Source: a plasmid
Sequence record: NZ_LR134463.1
Strand: one strand, 5' to 3'
Length of the DNA: 64,000 nucleotides
The notes under the pieces were generated by a model. It ran no database searches, was not told where the DNA came from, and was given only the letters and a program-made list of their open reading frames with translations. This document shows, piece by piece, positions 8,214 through 19,579 of the stretch (positions within the stretch are counted from its first letter, which is position 1; every line of letters starts with the position of its first letter). Both the position numbers and the translations under genes were made by a program.

Positions 8214-10564
8214 CTACTCGCGTACCAGCAGGGCGACAGGATGTTCGAGGAAGACCTCGTTGAGCGGTGTCCGACCTGCGACGACGTTCCCGGTCAGACG
8301 ATCGGTCCAGCTGTCGTCACCGAGGTCGACGTGCGTGTCGCGCCAGCCCCCGGTGCGCTCGAGGCGGAGCGAGTGGCGCGTCGCGAGCGCGGCGACATCG
8401 GGGGCCCCGTCGCGCGGGCCGCGGAGGAAGCCGAGCAGGTGGTCCGCCGCCGGTCCGTCCGCGGCGATCGGGGCGTACGAGCCCTCGACGAAGCTGCCCG
8501 GACGCTCGCGGCGCAGCCGGAGCGCGGCACGGACGAGGCGCTGCTTGGGATGGGCGTCGTCCGCCGCGTCCCAGTCGACGGGCCGCCGGTTGTCCGGGTC
8601 GACCAGCGAGTCCTCCCAGCGTTCGGTGCCCTGGTAGACGTCCGGCACGCCGGGGCCCGCGAGTTGCAGCAGCTTCTGGGCGAGCGCGTCCGAGCGGCCG
8701 TGCGGCGCCAGCCGGGCGACGAGGTCCGTGAGCGCGGCACCGTCGAACAGCGCGTCGAGGAAGGCGTGTCCGGCGGCCTCGAAGGCACCGTCGGGCGAAG
8801 TCCAGGAGGTGCCGATGCGGCCCTCGCGCATCGCCTTCTCGGCGTACGCGTGCAGACGCCCCCGGAGGTCGTCGGTGATCGCGCCGTCATCCGGCCAGAC
8901 CCCGAACGCGGTCTGCAGGAGGAACAGGCCCGTCACCGGGTCCAGCAGGGAGGGGCGCAGGAGCATCCACCGGTCGACGACGGGGGCCCAGTCGGTCGGG
9001 CACTGGCTCAGCACGCCGATCCGGGCCCGCACGTCCTCGCCGCGCTTGGTGTCGTGCGTCGAGAGGGTCGTCATCGTCGCGGGCCACTCGGCGGCGCGGC
9101 GGGCGAACGCCGGGTGCGGGTCAGTCGGCCCGAAGTCCGACGGTGCGCCGCCGACCTCCTGCAGGGAGATCAGTCGCGCGGTGCGGTAGAACAGCGTGTC
9201 CTCGACGGCCTTCGCGGTGAGCGCGCCCGTGAACTGGGGGAAGCGCGCCGTGGTCTCGGCGCCGCGGTCGCGGGCCTCGGCGAGCAGGTCGACGGCGTCC
9301 GTGCTGCCGGGCTCGTCCTCATCGCACTCCTGGGAGCGGGTGCGGACGTCCTCGCGCAGCCGGGCCGCGGCTGTCGCGAGCACGGGGTAGTCGTCGCGGT
9401 AGTACGGCGTGACCTGCGCCCATCGCACGATCGCCTCCTCGATCAGCGGCTGCGGAGGCGGCCCGGCGAGCGATTTCGGCGTCGATTCGCGCAGCACTGC
9501 CCGCGCGAGCCGGCGCAGCTCGGGGCCGAGATCGCCCCGGGCGAGCCCGTCGCCGATCCCGAGGCGCGCGGCGTGCAGCGCCTCCGTGCCGCCGTCGTCG
9601 CCCGCCCAGCGCTCGTGCACCGCGCTGAGGCCCACCGCGCCGGCGGGATCCAGCAGGGCATGGCCGAGCTCGCGGAGCGCGTCGTAGCCGGTCGTCCCGT
9701 CCACGGGTAGCCCCGGATCCAGCGGCTCGTCCGGCTCGAGGATCTTCTCGATCACGATCCAGGCGTCGGGGCCGGTCAGCTCGCGCAGCCGGCGCAGGTA
9801 ACCGGCGGGATCGGCCAGTCCGTCCGGGTGATCGACGCGCAGCCCGTCGGCGATGCCGTCCGCGAACCAGGACCCGATCTCGGCGTGCGTCGCGGCGAAG
9901 ACGGTGGGATCCTCCACGCGCACCGCGGCCAGGTCGTCGACGGTGAAGAACCGGCGGTACGCGCGGACCGGGGAGTCCCACGGCACCAGCCGGTAGGGCT
10001 GGGCGTAGTGGACGCGCTCGGCGTCGCCGCCGCCCACGTCGCGGCCGATCGGGAAGACCCGGTCGTGGTAGCGCAGCACCGGCTCCGGACCGGTCCGGTC
10101 GAGGCTGATCGCCGCGGCGTCGGCCTCGGAGGCCAGGACGGGGAGGGCGAGTTTGCCGCCCGCGCCGTTGCGCGGGTCCCAGTCGATGTCGAAGTAGTGC
10201 GCGAACGGGGACTTCCGGCCGTGCGCGAGCACGTCCCACCACCACGGGTTCTGCTCGGGGCGGCCGACGCCGAGGTGGTTCGGGACGATGTCGATCACCA
10301 GGCCGAGTCCGTCGACGTGCGCCGAATCCGCGAGGCGTTCCAATCCCTTACGCCCGCCGAGCTCGGCGCGGACCGTCGTCGGATCGGTCACGTCGTAGCC
10401 GTGCGTCGAGCCGCGGACCGCCTCGAGGACGGGGGAGAGGTAGAGGTGCGTCACGCCCAGATCGGCCAGGTGGGGCACGCGACGGGCGGCGTCGTCGAAG
10501 GTGAAGGACGGCCCCAGTTGCAGCCGGTAGGTCGCGCCGACGGGTCGCACTACGCCGGAAGACA
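8214..10564 (-). CDS. treY: Malto-oligosyltrehalose synthase
   Basis: A ~783-aa GH13 enzyme ([30 protein letters not shown]). The track ORF extends to 10646, but the start [17 protein letters not shown] at 10564 fits the family N-terminus. Confidence 0.9.
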
Positions 10565-10663
10565 TGGGCCCGATCATGCCATCCGCGATCGCCGCCGCCG
10601 GTCGGCGCCACACCCACCCGGCGGATGGCCACGCGGCGCGGCGCACCGCTAACGTGGCCCGAC

Positions 10664-11935
10664 ATGACGCCCGACGAGATCCTCGACCTGGACACCCGGA
10701 CGCTCTGGCACCCGTACAGCGCCGTCGGCGGCGCGGGGGCGCGGGTCGTCACCTCCGCCGAGGGAGTTCGCCTGACGCTCGGCGACGGCACGGAGGTCAT
10801 CGACGGGATGAGCTCCTGGTGGGCGGCGATCCACGGCTACCGCAATCCCGTGCTCGACGCCGCCGCCAAGGCCCAGATCGACACCATGTCGCACGTCATG
10901 TTCGGCGGGCTCACCCACGAGAGCGCCGCCCGCCTCGGCGAGCTGCTGGTGCGCATCACTCCCGACGGCCTCGACCGCGTCTTCCTCGCCGACAGCGGCT
11001 CGGTCTCCATCGAGGTCGCCGTGAAGACCGCCCTCCAGTACTGGCGAGCCCGCGGCGTCGCCGGCCGCAACCGCCTGCTGACCTGGCGCGGGGGCTATCA
11101 CGGCGACACGTTCACCCCGATGAGCGTCTGTGACCCGGACGGCGGCATGCACTCGCTGTGGAGCGACGTCCTCACGACGCAGGTCTTCGCGCCCGCGCCG
11201 CCCGCCGAGTACGACGAGGCCTACGTCGCCGAGCTGGATCGGCTGGTGGCCGAGCACGCGCACGAGCTGGCCGCCGTCATCATCGAGCCGGTCGTGCAGG
11301 GTGCGGGCGGCATGCGCTTCCACCCGCCCGCCTACGTGGCGGCCCTCCGCGAGATCACGCGGCGGCACGACGTCCTGCTCATCTGCGACGAGATCGCCAC
11401 CGGCTTCGGCCGCACCGGCACCCTCTTCGCCAGCGAAGCCGCCGGCATCACGCCGGACATCCTGTGCGTCGGCAAGGCCCTGACCGGCGGGTACCTCACC
11501 CTCGCCGCCATGCTTTGCACCGATGAGGTCGCGCTCACCATCTCGCGCTCGGACCAGGGTGCACTCATGCACGGCCCGACGTTCATGGGCAACCCGCTGG
11601 CCTGCGCGATCGCCGTCGCCAGCACGGAGCTGCTGCTCTCTCAGGACTGGGCCGCCCGGGTCGCGGCCATCGAACAGGGGCTGCGGGACGGCCTCGCACC
11701 GCTCCGCGAACTCCCCGGTGTCGTGGACGTCCGGGTGCTCGGCGCCATCGGCGTCGTGCAGCTCGAGAAGCCCGTCGACATGGCCGCCGCGACCGACGCG
11801 ACCATCGCCGCGGGCGTCTGGCTGCGCCCCTTCCGCGACCTCGTCTACACGATGCCGCCGTTCGTCAGCACCCCCGACGACGTCGCGGCGATCTGCGGAG
11901 GCGTGTCGGCCGCAGTGCGCGCGGCGCTACAGTGA
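10664..11935 (+). CDS. bioA: Adenosylmethionine-8-amino-7-oxononanoate aminotransferase
   Basis: A class-III aminotransferase with the BioA-specific N-terminus ([22 protein letters not shown]) and the PLP-lysine region (FGRTGTLFA). It is followed by bioF and bioD. Confidence 0.9.
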   Translation: MTPDEILDLDTRTLWHPYSAVGGAGARVVTSAEGVRLTLGDGTEVIDGMSSWWAAIHGYRNPVLDAAAKAQIDTMSHVMFGGLTHESAARLGELLVRITPDGLDRVFLADSGSVSIEVAVKTALQYWRARGVAGRNRLLTWRGGYHGDTFTPMSVCDPDGGMHSLWSDVLTTQVFAPAPPAEYDEAYVAELDRLVAEHAHELAAVIIEPVVQGAGGMRFHPPAYVAALREITRRHDVLLICDEIATGFGRTGTLFASEAAGITPDILCVGKALTGGYLTLAAMLCTDEVALTISRSDQGALMHGPTFMGNPLACAIAVASTELLLSQDWAARVAAIEQGLRDGLAPLRELPGVVDVRVLGAIGVVQLEKPVDMAAATDATIAAGVWLRPFRDLVYTMPPFVSTPDDVAAICGGVSAAVRAALQ

Positions 11936-11939
11936 GGGC

Positions 11940-13097
11940 ATGAACGGTGTTCAACTCCCGGCTCGCCGAGACGTGCAGGCGGACGCGCTCGGGTGGCTCG
12001 ACGGCTACGCCGCCGACCGAGCCGACGCGGGTCTCCGCCGGTCGCTGACGGCGCGCCGGCCCGGGGAATCCGGCCTCGACCTCGCCTCGAACGACTACCT
12101 GGGGCTCAGTCGCCACCCCCGCGTGCTCGATGCCGCCGCCGAGGCGCTCCGCGTCTGGGGCGCCGGCGCGACCGGATCGCGCCTGGTCACCGGTACGACC
12201 GAGCTGCACGAACGGTTCGAGCGCAACGTCGCCGCCTTCGTCGGCGCGGAGGCCGCCCTCTGCTTCTCGTCCGGGTACCTCGCGAACCTCGGTGTGGTCA
12301 CCGCCCTCGCCGGCCGGGGTGCGCTCGTCGTCTCCGACGGCGGCTCCCATGCCTCCCTCGTCGACGCCTGCCGCCTGTCCCGCGCCCGGATCGTGGTCAC
12401 CCCGCGGGGCGACGTGAACGCCGTTCGAGAAGCCCTCGCGGAGCGCTCCGAGGAGCGGGCGATCGTCCTCACCGACTCGGTCTACAGTGCCGACGGCGTC
12501 CTCGCGCCCGTCGGCGACCTGTACGCCGCGGCCCGCGCGCACGGTGCCGCGCTCGTGGTCGACGAGGCGCACGGCCTCGGCGTCCGTGGCGACGGTGGGC
12601 GCGGCCTCGTCCAGGAGCTGGGGCTCGCGGGCGCGCCCGACCTGGTCGTCACCGCCACCATGTCGAAGGCGCTCGGCTCGCAGGGAGGCGTCGTCCTCGG
12701 CCCCGAGCGGGTGCGCGCGCACCTCATCGATGCCGCGCGTCCCTTCATCTTCGACACCGGCCTCGCGCCGGCCGCCGTCGCCGCCGCGGACGCCGCCCTC
12801 GGGGAGCTCCGGGCCGATCCCGCGCTCGCCGGCCGGGTCCTGAGCCGGGCGCGCGCCGTCGCGGCGGGCATCGGCGCGCCCGAGCCGACGTCGGCCGTCG
12901 TCTCGCTCGTCCTCGGCGAACCCGAACGGGCCGTCGCCGCCCGCGATGCCTGCGCGGCACAGGGCGTGCAGGTCGGCTGCTTCCGGCCGCCGTCGGTCCC
13001 GGAGGGCACGTCGCGCCTGCGGATCACCGTGCGCGCCGACCTCACCGATGCCGACGTCGCCACGGCCGTCGGCGCGATCCGGGCGGCCGTCGCGTGA
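11940..13097 (+). CDS. bioF: 8-Amino-7-oxononanoate synthase
   Basis: Its ATG at 11940 follows the bioA stop. The alpha-oxoamine synthase pattern is present ([29 protein letters not shown]). Confidence 0.9.
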   Translation: MNGVQLPARRDVQADALGWLDGYAADRADAGLRRSLTARRPGESGLDLASNDYLGLSRHPRVLDAAAEALRVWGAGATGSRLVTGTTELHERFERNVAAFVGAEAALCFSSGYLANLGVVTALAGRGALVVSDGGSHASLVDACRLSRARIVVTPRGDVNAVREALAERSEERAIVLTDSVYSADGVLAPVGDLYAAARAHGAALVVDEAHGLGVRGDGGRGLVQELGLAGAPDLVVTATMSKALGSQGGVVLGPERVRAHLIDAARPFIFDTGLAPAAVAAADAALGELRADPALAGRVLSRARAVAAGIGAPEPTSAVVSLVLGEPERAVAARDACAAQGVQVGCFRPPSVPEGTSRLRITVRADLTDADVATAVGAIRAAVA

Positions 13098-13804
13098 TCC
13101 TCTGCGTCACCGGCACGTCCACCGGCGTCGGCAAGACCGTCGCGACGGCGGCCCTCGCCGCCGCCCTGCTGCCGAGCGGCCCGGTCACCGTCGTCAAGCC
13201 CGCCCAGACGGGGTTCGCCGACGGTGCGGTGCGGGACGAGGACGGCCAGCTCGCCGACGCGGCCGAGGTGGCCCGCCTCGCGCCGGGCGCCGTCACCGTC
13301 GAGCACCGTCGGTACCCCGAACCCCTCGCGCCGCTGACCGCCGCCCGCCGGGCGGGTCTGCCGCCCCTCGGGCGCGACGAGGCCGTCGTCGTCGTGCGGC
13401 AGGCGAGTGGTGCGGTGCTCGTCGAGGGTGCCGGCGGCGTCCTCGTACGCCTCGGTGTCGACCGGAATCGCACACCGTTCACGCTCGTCGATCTGGCGGC
13501 CGATCTTGACGCACCGGTCGTCGTGGTCGCCGACCCGGCGCTCGGCACGCTCAATCACACCGAACTGACGGTCCGCGCCCTCGAGGCGGGCGGCGTCGCC
13601 TGCGCCGGCATCGTGCTGTCCCGCTGGCCCGACGCCCCGGGCCTGGCCGAGCGGTGCAACCTCGACGACCTGCCCGAGGTCACGGGCGTGCCGATCGTCG
13701 GGCGGATCCCCGACGGTGCCGCCGCGCTCCCGCCCGCGCGGTTCGCGGCGGCGGCACCCTCGTGGTTCGACGGGCCCTGGCTCAGCGCGCGATCCAGGCG
13801 CTGA
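13094..13804 (+). CDS. bioD: Dethiobiotin synthetase
   Basis: A GTG start overlaps the bioF stop (GTGA). The P-loop ([11 protein letters not shown]) and the product length are typical of BioD. Confidence 0.85.
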   Translation: MILCVTGTSTGVGKTVATAALAAALLPSGPVTVVKPAQTGFADGAVRDEDGQLADAAEVARLAPGAVTVEHRRYPEPLAPLTAARRAGLPPLGRDEAVVVVRQASGAVLVEGAGGVLVRLGVDRNRTPFTLVDLAADLDAPVVVVADPALGTLNHTELTVRALEAGGVACAGIVLSRWPDAPGLAERCNLDDLPEVTGVPIVGRIPDGAAALPPARFAAAAPSWFDGPWLSARSRR

Positions 13805-14915
13805 GCAGGTCGATCCGCTGCCAGCCGCCCGGCACGTCGAGCGGGTAGCCGGCCGGACCGGCGGTGCGGGCGATCCGCTCGCGCAGCTGATCGTCGGTGA
13901 GGCCGGGATGCGCGGCACGGAGCAGCCGGACGGCGCCCGCGGGCACCTGGACGGGGGCGTCGCCGCCGACGCGCGGCAGGCCCCAGCTCAGGTCGCGCCG
14001 GTACGCCGCGGCCCCGGCTCCCGTCTCGACGTAGTTCTGCTGGCACGCGACGACCTCGGCGATGCCGGCGCCGGCGCGCGCCGAGAGGACGGCGCGCAGC
14101 TCGGTGCGGGCGCCGGCGACCAGGTCGGCGAACCGCGGGTCGGCGAGCGCGTCCGAGACCGCCGCCTGGGCGAGGATCCGCCCGCCGATCACATCGAGCG
14201 GATAGTGCACCCCCAGGACCACGCGGTGGCGGCCGTAGTCGGCGCCGCGCGCGAGGAGCTGCGGCCCGAGCTCGGGGAGCAGCGTCGCGATGACGATCGC
14301 CTCGGCGTACCCCCAGGCGGTGTGGCCCGACGGGTACGAGCCCGAGCCGCGCACCGAGTCGTACAGGTCGGCGCGGCCGTCGCCGTAGCGGGTGATCCGA
14401 TCCGGGGCGATCTCGAACGGGCGCCGGTACTGGAAGTGCTTCTTCGCGGCGGAGGTGTCGACATAGGAGTTGATCAGCGCCTTCTTGCCCACCAGGAGGG
14501 CGGTGGTCTTCGGGAGCTCGCCGGCTTTCTCGGCGGCGCGGAAGGCGGGGGTGAGGCGGCTGCCGAGGGCGTTGAAGACGGAGTCGTCGAGGATGCCGTA
14601 ATTGTCGTTGACGGCGTAGCGCTGCTCCGCGGGGGTCGCGGCGCGGTTGGTGGCCACCGCCGTGTCCAGGTTCGCGTCGAGGACGGATTTCGGCAGGCCG
14701 GAGAAGGCCGCCAACTGATCGATGTACGAGTTGGGCGCGACCTTCGAGCCGCTCGCCTCCGCGGAGAACGGGCTCGCCGACGGCGCCGGCTTCGGGGTGA
14801 GCGTGCAGGAGGCACCCGGGGCCGCGGCGGCGGTACCCGCCGTCGATCCGAGCGGTCCGGTCAGGGAGGCGATCGCGATCGCTGTGACCAGTATCTTCTT
14901 CGAGCGCAACGTCAT
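13782..14915 (-). CDS. Secreted PAP2-family (class A) acid phosphatase
   Basis: It has a signal peptide ([33 protein letters not shown]) and the three PAP2 motifs: KxxxxxxRP (QYRRPF), PSGH (YPSGHTA) and SRxxxxxHxxxD ([14 protein letters not shown]). Confidence 0.8.
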   Translation of the reverse strand: MTLRSKKILVTAIAIASLTGPLGSTAGTAAAAPGASCTLTPKPAPSASPFSAEASGSKVAPNSYIDQLAAFSGLPKSVLDANLDTAVATNRAATPAEQRYAVNDNYGILDDSVFNALGSRLTPAFRAAEKAGELPKTTALLVGKKALINSYVDTSAAKKHFQYRRPFEIAPDRITRYGDGRADLYDSVRGSGSYPSGHTAWGYAEAIVIATLLPELGPQLLARGADYGRHRVVLGVHYPLDVIGGRILAQAAVSDALADPRFADLVAGARTELRAVLSARAGAGIAEVVACQQNYVETGAGAAAYRRDLSWGLPRVGGDAPVQVPAGAVRLLRAAHPGLTDDQLRERIARTAGPAGYPLDVPGGWQRIDLLSAWIAR

Positions 14916-15004
14916 GGGAACACTGTCGCGGCGATAGATAGAAAAGGGAAGGAAACGAATTCGGTCGAGTCGGTGAACGTTTCCCGCCGTCGCGAGGCGA
15001 GCCT

Positions 15005-15035
15005 TGAACACTGTTCATGAATTGAACGCTGTACA
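15005..15035. promoter_or_regulatory. Two BioQ-type (TetR) operator-like palindromes, TGAACACTGTTCA and TGAACGCTGTACA, upstream of bioB
   Basis: The first site is a perfect TGAAC-N3-GTTCA palindrome, matching the operator reported for BioQ repressors of bio genes in mycobacteria and corynebacteria. The second is a degenerate copy 18 bp downstream. Both lie 70-100 bp upstream of the bioB ATG. Confidence 0.5.
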
Positions 15036-15106
15036 GTGCTCGGTAACCGCGACGCCTCGGTGTCGCAGACCACAGCCGAACGACCACAGCCGACGAGGGA
15101 GATCAC

Positions 15107-16114
15107 ATGACCGGGGTCCTGGCCGACATCATCGAGGTCGCGCGCGAGCAGGTGCTCGAGCGCGGCGAGGGGCTGAGTCAGGAGCAGGTGCTCGCCGTGC
15201 TCCAGCTCCCCGACGACAAGCTCGACGAGGTGCTGCAGCTCGCGCACGAGGTGCGCATGAAGTGGTGCGGTCCCGAGGTTGAGGTCGAGGGCATCATCAG
15301 CCTCAAGACCGGCGGCTGCCCCGAGGACTGCCACTTCTGCAGCCAGTCCGGCTTGTTCGAGTCGCCCGTGCGCTCGGCGTGGATCGACATCCCGTCGCTG
15401 GTCGAGGCCGCGAAGCAGACCGCCAAGACCGGTGCCACCGAGTTCTGCATCGTCGCCGCCGTCCGCGGCCCGGACAAGCGCCTCATGAGCCAGGTCGCCG
15501 CCGGCATCGAGGCGATCCGCAACGAGGTCGACATCCAGATCGCGTGCAGCCTGGGCATGCTCACCCAGGAGCAGGTCGACGAGCTCAAGGCCATGGGCGT
15601 GCACCGCTACAACCACAATCTCGAGACCTCGAAGTCGCACTTCCCGAACGTCGTGACCACGCACTCCTGGGAGGAGCGCTGGGGCACCCTGCAGATGGTG
15701 CGCGAGGCCGGCATGGAGGTCTGCTGCGGCGGCATCCTGGGCATGGGGGAGACGCTGGAGCAGCGGGCCGAGTTCGCCGCGAACCTCGCGGAGCTGGATC
15801 CCGACGAGGTGCCCCTCAACTTCCTCAATCCGCGCCCGGGCACACCGTTCGGCGACCTCGACGTCCTCGAGCCGAACGAGGCGCTCAAGTCCGTCGCCGC
15901 GTTCCGGCTCGCGCTGCCGCGCACCATCCTGCGGTTCGCCGGCGGCCGCGAGATCACGCTCGGTGACCTGGGTGCCGAGAAGGGCATCCTCGGCGGCATC
16001 AACGCCGTGATCGTGGGCAACTACCTCACCACTCTGGGCCGCCCGGCCGAGACCGACCTGGACTTGCTCGGCGAGCTCAAGATGCCGATCAAGGCCCTCA
16101 ACGACACCCTGTGA
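15107..16114 (+). CDS. bioB: Biotin synthase (radical SAM)
   Basis: It carries the radical-SAM cysteine triad CxxxCxxC ([13 protein letters not shown]) and the YNHNLETS and CCGGILG motifs. Confidence 0.95.
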   Translation: MTGVLADIIEVAREQVLERGEGLSQEQVLAVLQLPDDKLDEVLQLAHEVRMKWCGPEVEVEGIISLKTGGCPEDCHFCSQSGLFESPVRSAWIDIPSLVEAAKQTAKTGATEFCIVAAVRGPDKRLMSQVAAGIEAIRNEVDIQIACSLGMLTQEQVDELKAMGVHRYNHNLETSKSHFPNVVTTHSWEERWGTLQMVREAGMEVCCGGILGMGETLEQRAEFAANLAELDPDEVPLNFLNPRPGTPFGDLDVLEPNEALKSVAAFRLALPRTILRFAGGREITLGDLGAEKGILGGINAVIVGNYLTTLGRPAETDLDLLGELKMPIKALNDTL

Positions 16115-16329
16115 CCCTCGTGGCCGACAAGGAGCCGGTGTACGACGTGTACACCGGCAAGCCGCTCGCCGAGGGCGCGCCCGTCTTCGCGGCGGCGCTG
16201 CTCGGGCTCGAGCCGCCGCGCTATTGCACGTACTGTGCGCGCCGGATGATCGTGCAGGTCAGCCCGCACGGCTGGACCGCACGGTGCTCCCGGCACGGCG
16301 AGTTCGATTCGTCGAGCGGCGAACGCTGA
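16111..16329 (+). CDS. bsaP: Small Cys-rich protein immediately after bioB (BsaP/Rv1590-like biotin synthase auxiliary protein)
   Basis: A 72-aa ORF translationally coupled to bioB (ATGA overlap), with Cys/His residues ([20 protein letters not shown]). Position and size match the conserved gene that follows bioB in mycobacteria. Confidence 0.65.
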   Translation: MTLVADKEPVYDVYTGKPLAEGAPVFAAALLGLEPPRYCTYCARRMIVQVSPHGWTARCSRHGEFDSSSGER

Positions 16330-16366
16330 TCGGCGTTCACAGCTCCTCTCGCTAGGCTGCGTCCCG

Positions 16367-17080
16367 ATGACTACTGCAGCCCCGCCCCGGTCCGCGTCGG
16401 ACGTCGTGGTGCCGGCCGTGATCGCCGCGGTCCTTGGCGCCGCCGGAGGCCTGCTCTGGGGCCTGACGGTGCCCGGCGTGCGCGGCGTGCTCACGCGGTC
16501 CGGCATCGTCTGGCGCGAGGGCCAGCTCGACAACATCTTCCAGGCCACGGTCCTGTTCGTCGCTGTCGCCGCGGTCGGCGGGCTGCTCACCGGCGCTGCG
16601 GTCTTCGTCCGTCGACGGCGTACGCCGCGGGGCGTCGCGATCACCCTCGGTGCCGCGGTCTTCGCGGTGTTCATCGCGACGGTGCTCGGTCAGGCCGTGG
16701 TCGATGCCCGGTTCGCGGGTCCGGGGGAGCCGGGCCTCGACTTCACCGCGGCACCGTCGATCCGGCTCGACGGTGCCAACGTCTTCGCCGTCGCCGACCA
16801 CTCCGGCGGAGTCCTGGGCGATCTCGCGTCGTGGGTGCTGGTGCTCGTGTGGCCGGCGTCCGCCGCCCTGTGGTGCACGCTGGCCGCCCTGGTCGGGCGG
16901 CTCCCGGCGGAGTCAGTCGCCGGTGTGCCCGCGGAGCAGGTCCGCGAAATCGGTGACGGGCCCCAGGTCGAGGGCCTTGCCGGAGCGCCGGGGGGCGCCG
17001 AGGTCCGACGGTCCGCCGAAGCCGGCGACGGCACCGTCGGACTGGACGAGCGCGCCGGCGAGCTCCGCCCCGGCCCGTGA
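16367..17080 (+). CDS. Membrane protein (DUF2567/Rv1591-like)
   Basis: It has four hydrophobic segments, and its position after bioB/bsaP matches Mtb Rv1591. The C-terminal ~56 aa are low-complexity and overlap the convergent FMN reductase gene. Confidence 0.55.
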   Translation: MTTAAPPRSASDVVVPAVIAAVLGAAGGLLWGLTVPGVRGVLTRSGIVWREGQLDNIFQATVLFVAVAAVGGLLTGAAVFVRRRRTPRGVAITLGAAVFAVFIATVLGQAVVDARFAGPGEPGLDFTAAPSIRLDGANVFAVADHSGGVLGDLASWVLVLVWPASAALWCTLAALVGRLPAESVAGVPAEQVREIGDGPQVEGLAGAPGGAEVRRSAEAGDGTVGLDERAGELRPGP

Positions 17081-17569
17081 GACCCTGGCTCCGAGCTCGG
17101 AGGAACCGAAGTCCTCGGTCGCGGCGAACACGCCCGTCGGGAGGATCTGCGCGCGCAGGTAGCTGAACAGCGGCCGGAGCGCGTGGTCGAGGACCAGCGA
17201 ATGCCGCGCCGTGCCGGCGGTGGCCGCGACGAGCACCGGGACGCCGGTGAGGGCCTCGGGGTCGAGGGCGTCGAAGAACATCTTGAACAGCCCGCTGTAG
17301 CTGGCGGTGAACACCGGCGAGACGGCGATCAGGCCGTCCGCGGTGGCGATCGCGTCCTTCGCCGCGCTGAGGGCGGGCGTCGGGACGCCGGTGGTCATGA
17401 CGGTCGCGAGGTCGCGGGCGAGCTCGCGCACCTCGATCACGGTGACGTCCACGGCCTCACCGCGGGCCGACACCGCGGCGCGCGTGGCGTCGGCCAGCTG
17501 ATCCGCCAGCAGGCGGGTCGACGACGGCTCGGAGACGCCGGCCGCGACGACGACGAGTGAGCGGGGCAC
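16913..17569 (-). CDS. NADPH-dependent FMN reductase (LLM-partnered, CE1759-like family)
   Basis: A flavodoxin-like fold (SLVVVAAGVSEPSSTRLLA, VSPVFTASYSGLFKMFFD), immediately downstream of and co-oriented with an LLM monooxygenase. Confidence 0.8.
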   Translation of the reverse strand: MPRSLVVVAAGVSEPSSTRLLADQLADATRAAVSARGEAVDVTVIEVRELARDLATVMTTGVPTPALSAAKDAIATADGLIAVSPVFTASYSGLFKMFFDALDPEALTGVPVLVAATAGTARHSLVLDHALRPLFSYLRAQILPTGVFAATEDFGSSELGARVSRAGAELAGALVQSDGAVAGFGGPSDLGAPRRSGKALDLGPVTDFADLLRGHTGD

Positions 17570-17627
17570 GGTCAGACCTCCTGTCGTGCAGTGGGGAGCG
17601 GCATGGAGAGGAAGGTTCCGGTCATCG

Positions 17628-18767
17628 TCAGGCCTCCTTCGCGGCGGCGAGGTCCTGGGCCGGCAGGACCAGGTGGTGCGGCGAGTCCGGGCCGGCGGCG
17701 ACGAGCGAGGCGTGGGTCGGCGGGTCCGACGGGACGTGCGCCGGGCGGCGCAGCTCGAACTCCTTGCGGAGCACCGGGACCACTCGGGTGCCGAGTATCT
17801 CGACCTGCTCGAGGACCTGGTCCAGCGGGAGTCCGGCGTGGTCGAGCAGGAAGAGCTGGCGCTGGTAGTCGCCGGCGAAGTCCGCGAAGCCGAGCGTCTT
17901 CTCGATCACCTGCTCGGGCGTGCCGACGGTGAGTGGGGTCATCTGCTCGAAGTCCTCCAGCGACGGGCCGTGGCCGTAGACGGGGGCGTTGTCGAAGTAG
18001 GGCCGGAAGCGCCGCTTCGCCTCGGCCTCGGTCCCGGCCATGAAGACCTGGCCGCCCAGGCCGACGATCGCCTGGTCGGCGGAGCCGTGGCCGTAGTGCT
18101 CGTAGCGCTGCCGGTACAGGCGCACCATCTGCTCGGTGTGCTCCTTGTTCCAGAAGATGTTGTTGTGGAAGAAGCCGTCGCCGTAGAAGGCCGCCTGCTC
18201 GGCGATCTCGGGCGAGCGGATCGACCCGTGCCAGACGAAGGGCGGCGTTCCGTCGAGCGGCGCCGGCGTCGACGTGTAGCTCTGCAGGGGCGTGCGGAAC
18301 TGGCCCTCCCAGTCGACGACGGGCTCGCGCCACAGGCGGCGCAGCAGGTGGTAGTTCTCGATGGCCAGCGGGATGCCCTGGCGGATGTCCTTGCCGAACC
18401 ACGGGTACACCGGACCGGTGTTGCCGCGGCCCAGCGTGAGGTCGACGCGGCCCTCGGCGAGGTGCTGGAGCATCGCGTAGTCCTCGGCGATCTTCACCGG
18501 GTCGTTCGTGGTGATGAGCGTGGTCGCGGTGCTCAGCGTGAGGTGCTGCGTCTTGGCGGCGATCCAGCCGAGCAGCGTGGTGGGGGAGCTGGGGACGAAC
18601 GGCGGATTGTGGTGCTCGCCCGTGGCGAAGACGTCGAGGCCCACCTCCTCGGCCTTGAGCGCGATCTTCGTCATCGCCTCGATGCGCTCGTGCTCGCTGA
18701 CGGTGGTGCCGGTGGTCGGGTCCGTGGTGACGTCGCCGACGCTGAAGATTCCGAACTGCATGTCCAT
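17628..18767 (-). CDS. FMN-dependent luciferase-like monooxygenase (CE1758-like family)
   Basis: A 379-aa LLM (FGIFSVGD, TGEHHNPPF, LTLGRGNTGP) paired with the downstream FMN reductase. Confidence 0.8.
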   Translation of the reverse strand: MDMQFGIFSVGDVTTDPTTGTTVSEHERIEAMTKIALKAEEVGLDVFATGEHHNPPFVPSSPTTLLGWIAAKTQHLTLSTATTLITTNDPVKIAEDYAMLQHLAEGRVDLTLGRGNTGPVYPWFGKDIRQGIPLAIENYHLLRRLWREPVVDWEGQFRTPLQSYTSTPAPLDGTPPFVWHGSIRSPEIAEQAAFYGDGFFHNNIFWNKEHTEQMVRLYRQRYEHYGHGSADQAIVGLGGQVFMAGTEAEAKRRFRPYFDNAPVYGHGPSLEDFEQMTPLTVGTPEQVIEKTLGFADFAGDYQRQLFLLDHAGLPLDQVLEQVEILGTRVVPVLRKEFELRRPAHVPSDPPTHASLVAAGPDSPHHLVLPAQDLAAAKEA

Positions 18768-18862
18768 CCTTCCCGATCGGGCCCCTGCCGGGCCCTTCGA
18801 GAACTGTAACGGACTGCGGTCCGATTATGTTCCGCGGGGCGGGTCCGCGGCGTCGTGCCGGG

Positions 18863-19579
18863 TCAGAGGGGCTCCCGGCGCAGCACGTCGGAGGAATTGA
18901 GGATGATCACCTCGCGGTCGGACTCCGTGAGCGCGGTGAGGAAGCCGGACTCGACCTTGAGCACGTGCGCCGTGACGACTCCCGTCCTGGTATGCAGACG
19001 CTCGGCCGGGGACCAGGGCGTGCGCTCGACCGCGGCGAGCAGCAGCACGGCGATGGCCGCGTTGGAACCGACCTCACGGACCGCGAAGTCGACGGTCCGG
19101 CCGCTGACGCCCTCGGCGGACCAGCGCTTCACCGCGAGGATCGCCAGCGCGATCGCGGCGGCGCCGATCGGTACCCAGACGTAGCCGTAGGTGACCGTGA
19201 GGGCGATGCAGGCCGTCGCGAGCACCGCGACGAGCAGCGCCGACCACACGCTCGTCGGCGAGTCGGTGTGCATCCGCCACACGAGGCGCACCGCCGAGAG
19301 CGGGAGCAGGATCATCACGAGGACGCTCGTGAACTCGGGGTCGCTCATGAGGGTGCCGAGCACGATCGTGAGGGCGCTGTTCACGTCGGTCACGGCCATG
19401 ATCCGCGACGCGACGCGCCAGTCCCACTCCGAGACGACGAGGAGCCGCAGCACCACGAACAGCACGGCCACGCTCGCCCCGGTGCCGAGGGTGCGCACGA
19501 TCCGCGCGTCGGTGGCGTCCGCCAGCTTCTTCGCGATCGCCCGGTCCTGCGCGGTTTCGTCGGTCTCCGCATCGCTCAC
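18863..19579 (-). CDS. Hypothetical integral membrane protein (238 aa)
   Basis: An acidic N-terminus followed by 5-6 hydrophobic helices. No family was assigned. Confidence 0.45.
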   Translation of the reverse strand: MSDAETDETAQDRAIAKKLADATDARIVRTLGTGASVAVLFVVLRLLVVSEWDWRVASRIMAVTDVNSALTIVLGTLMSDPEFTSVLVMILLPLSAVRLVWRMHTDSPTSVWSALLVAVLATACIALTVTYGYVWVPIGAAAIALAILAVKRWSAEGVSGRTVDFAVREVGSNAAIAVLLLAAVERTPWSPAERLHTRTGVVTAHVLKVESGFLTALTESDREVIILNSSDVLRREPL

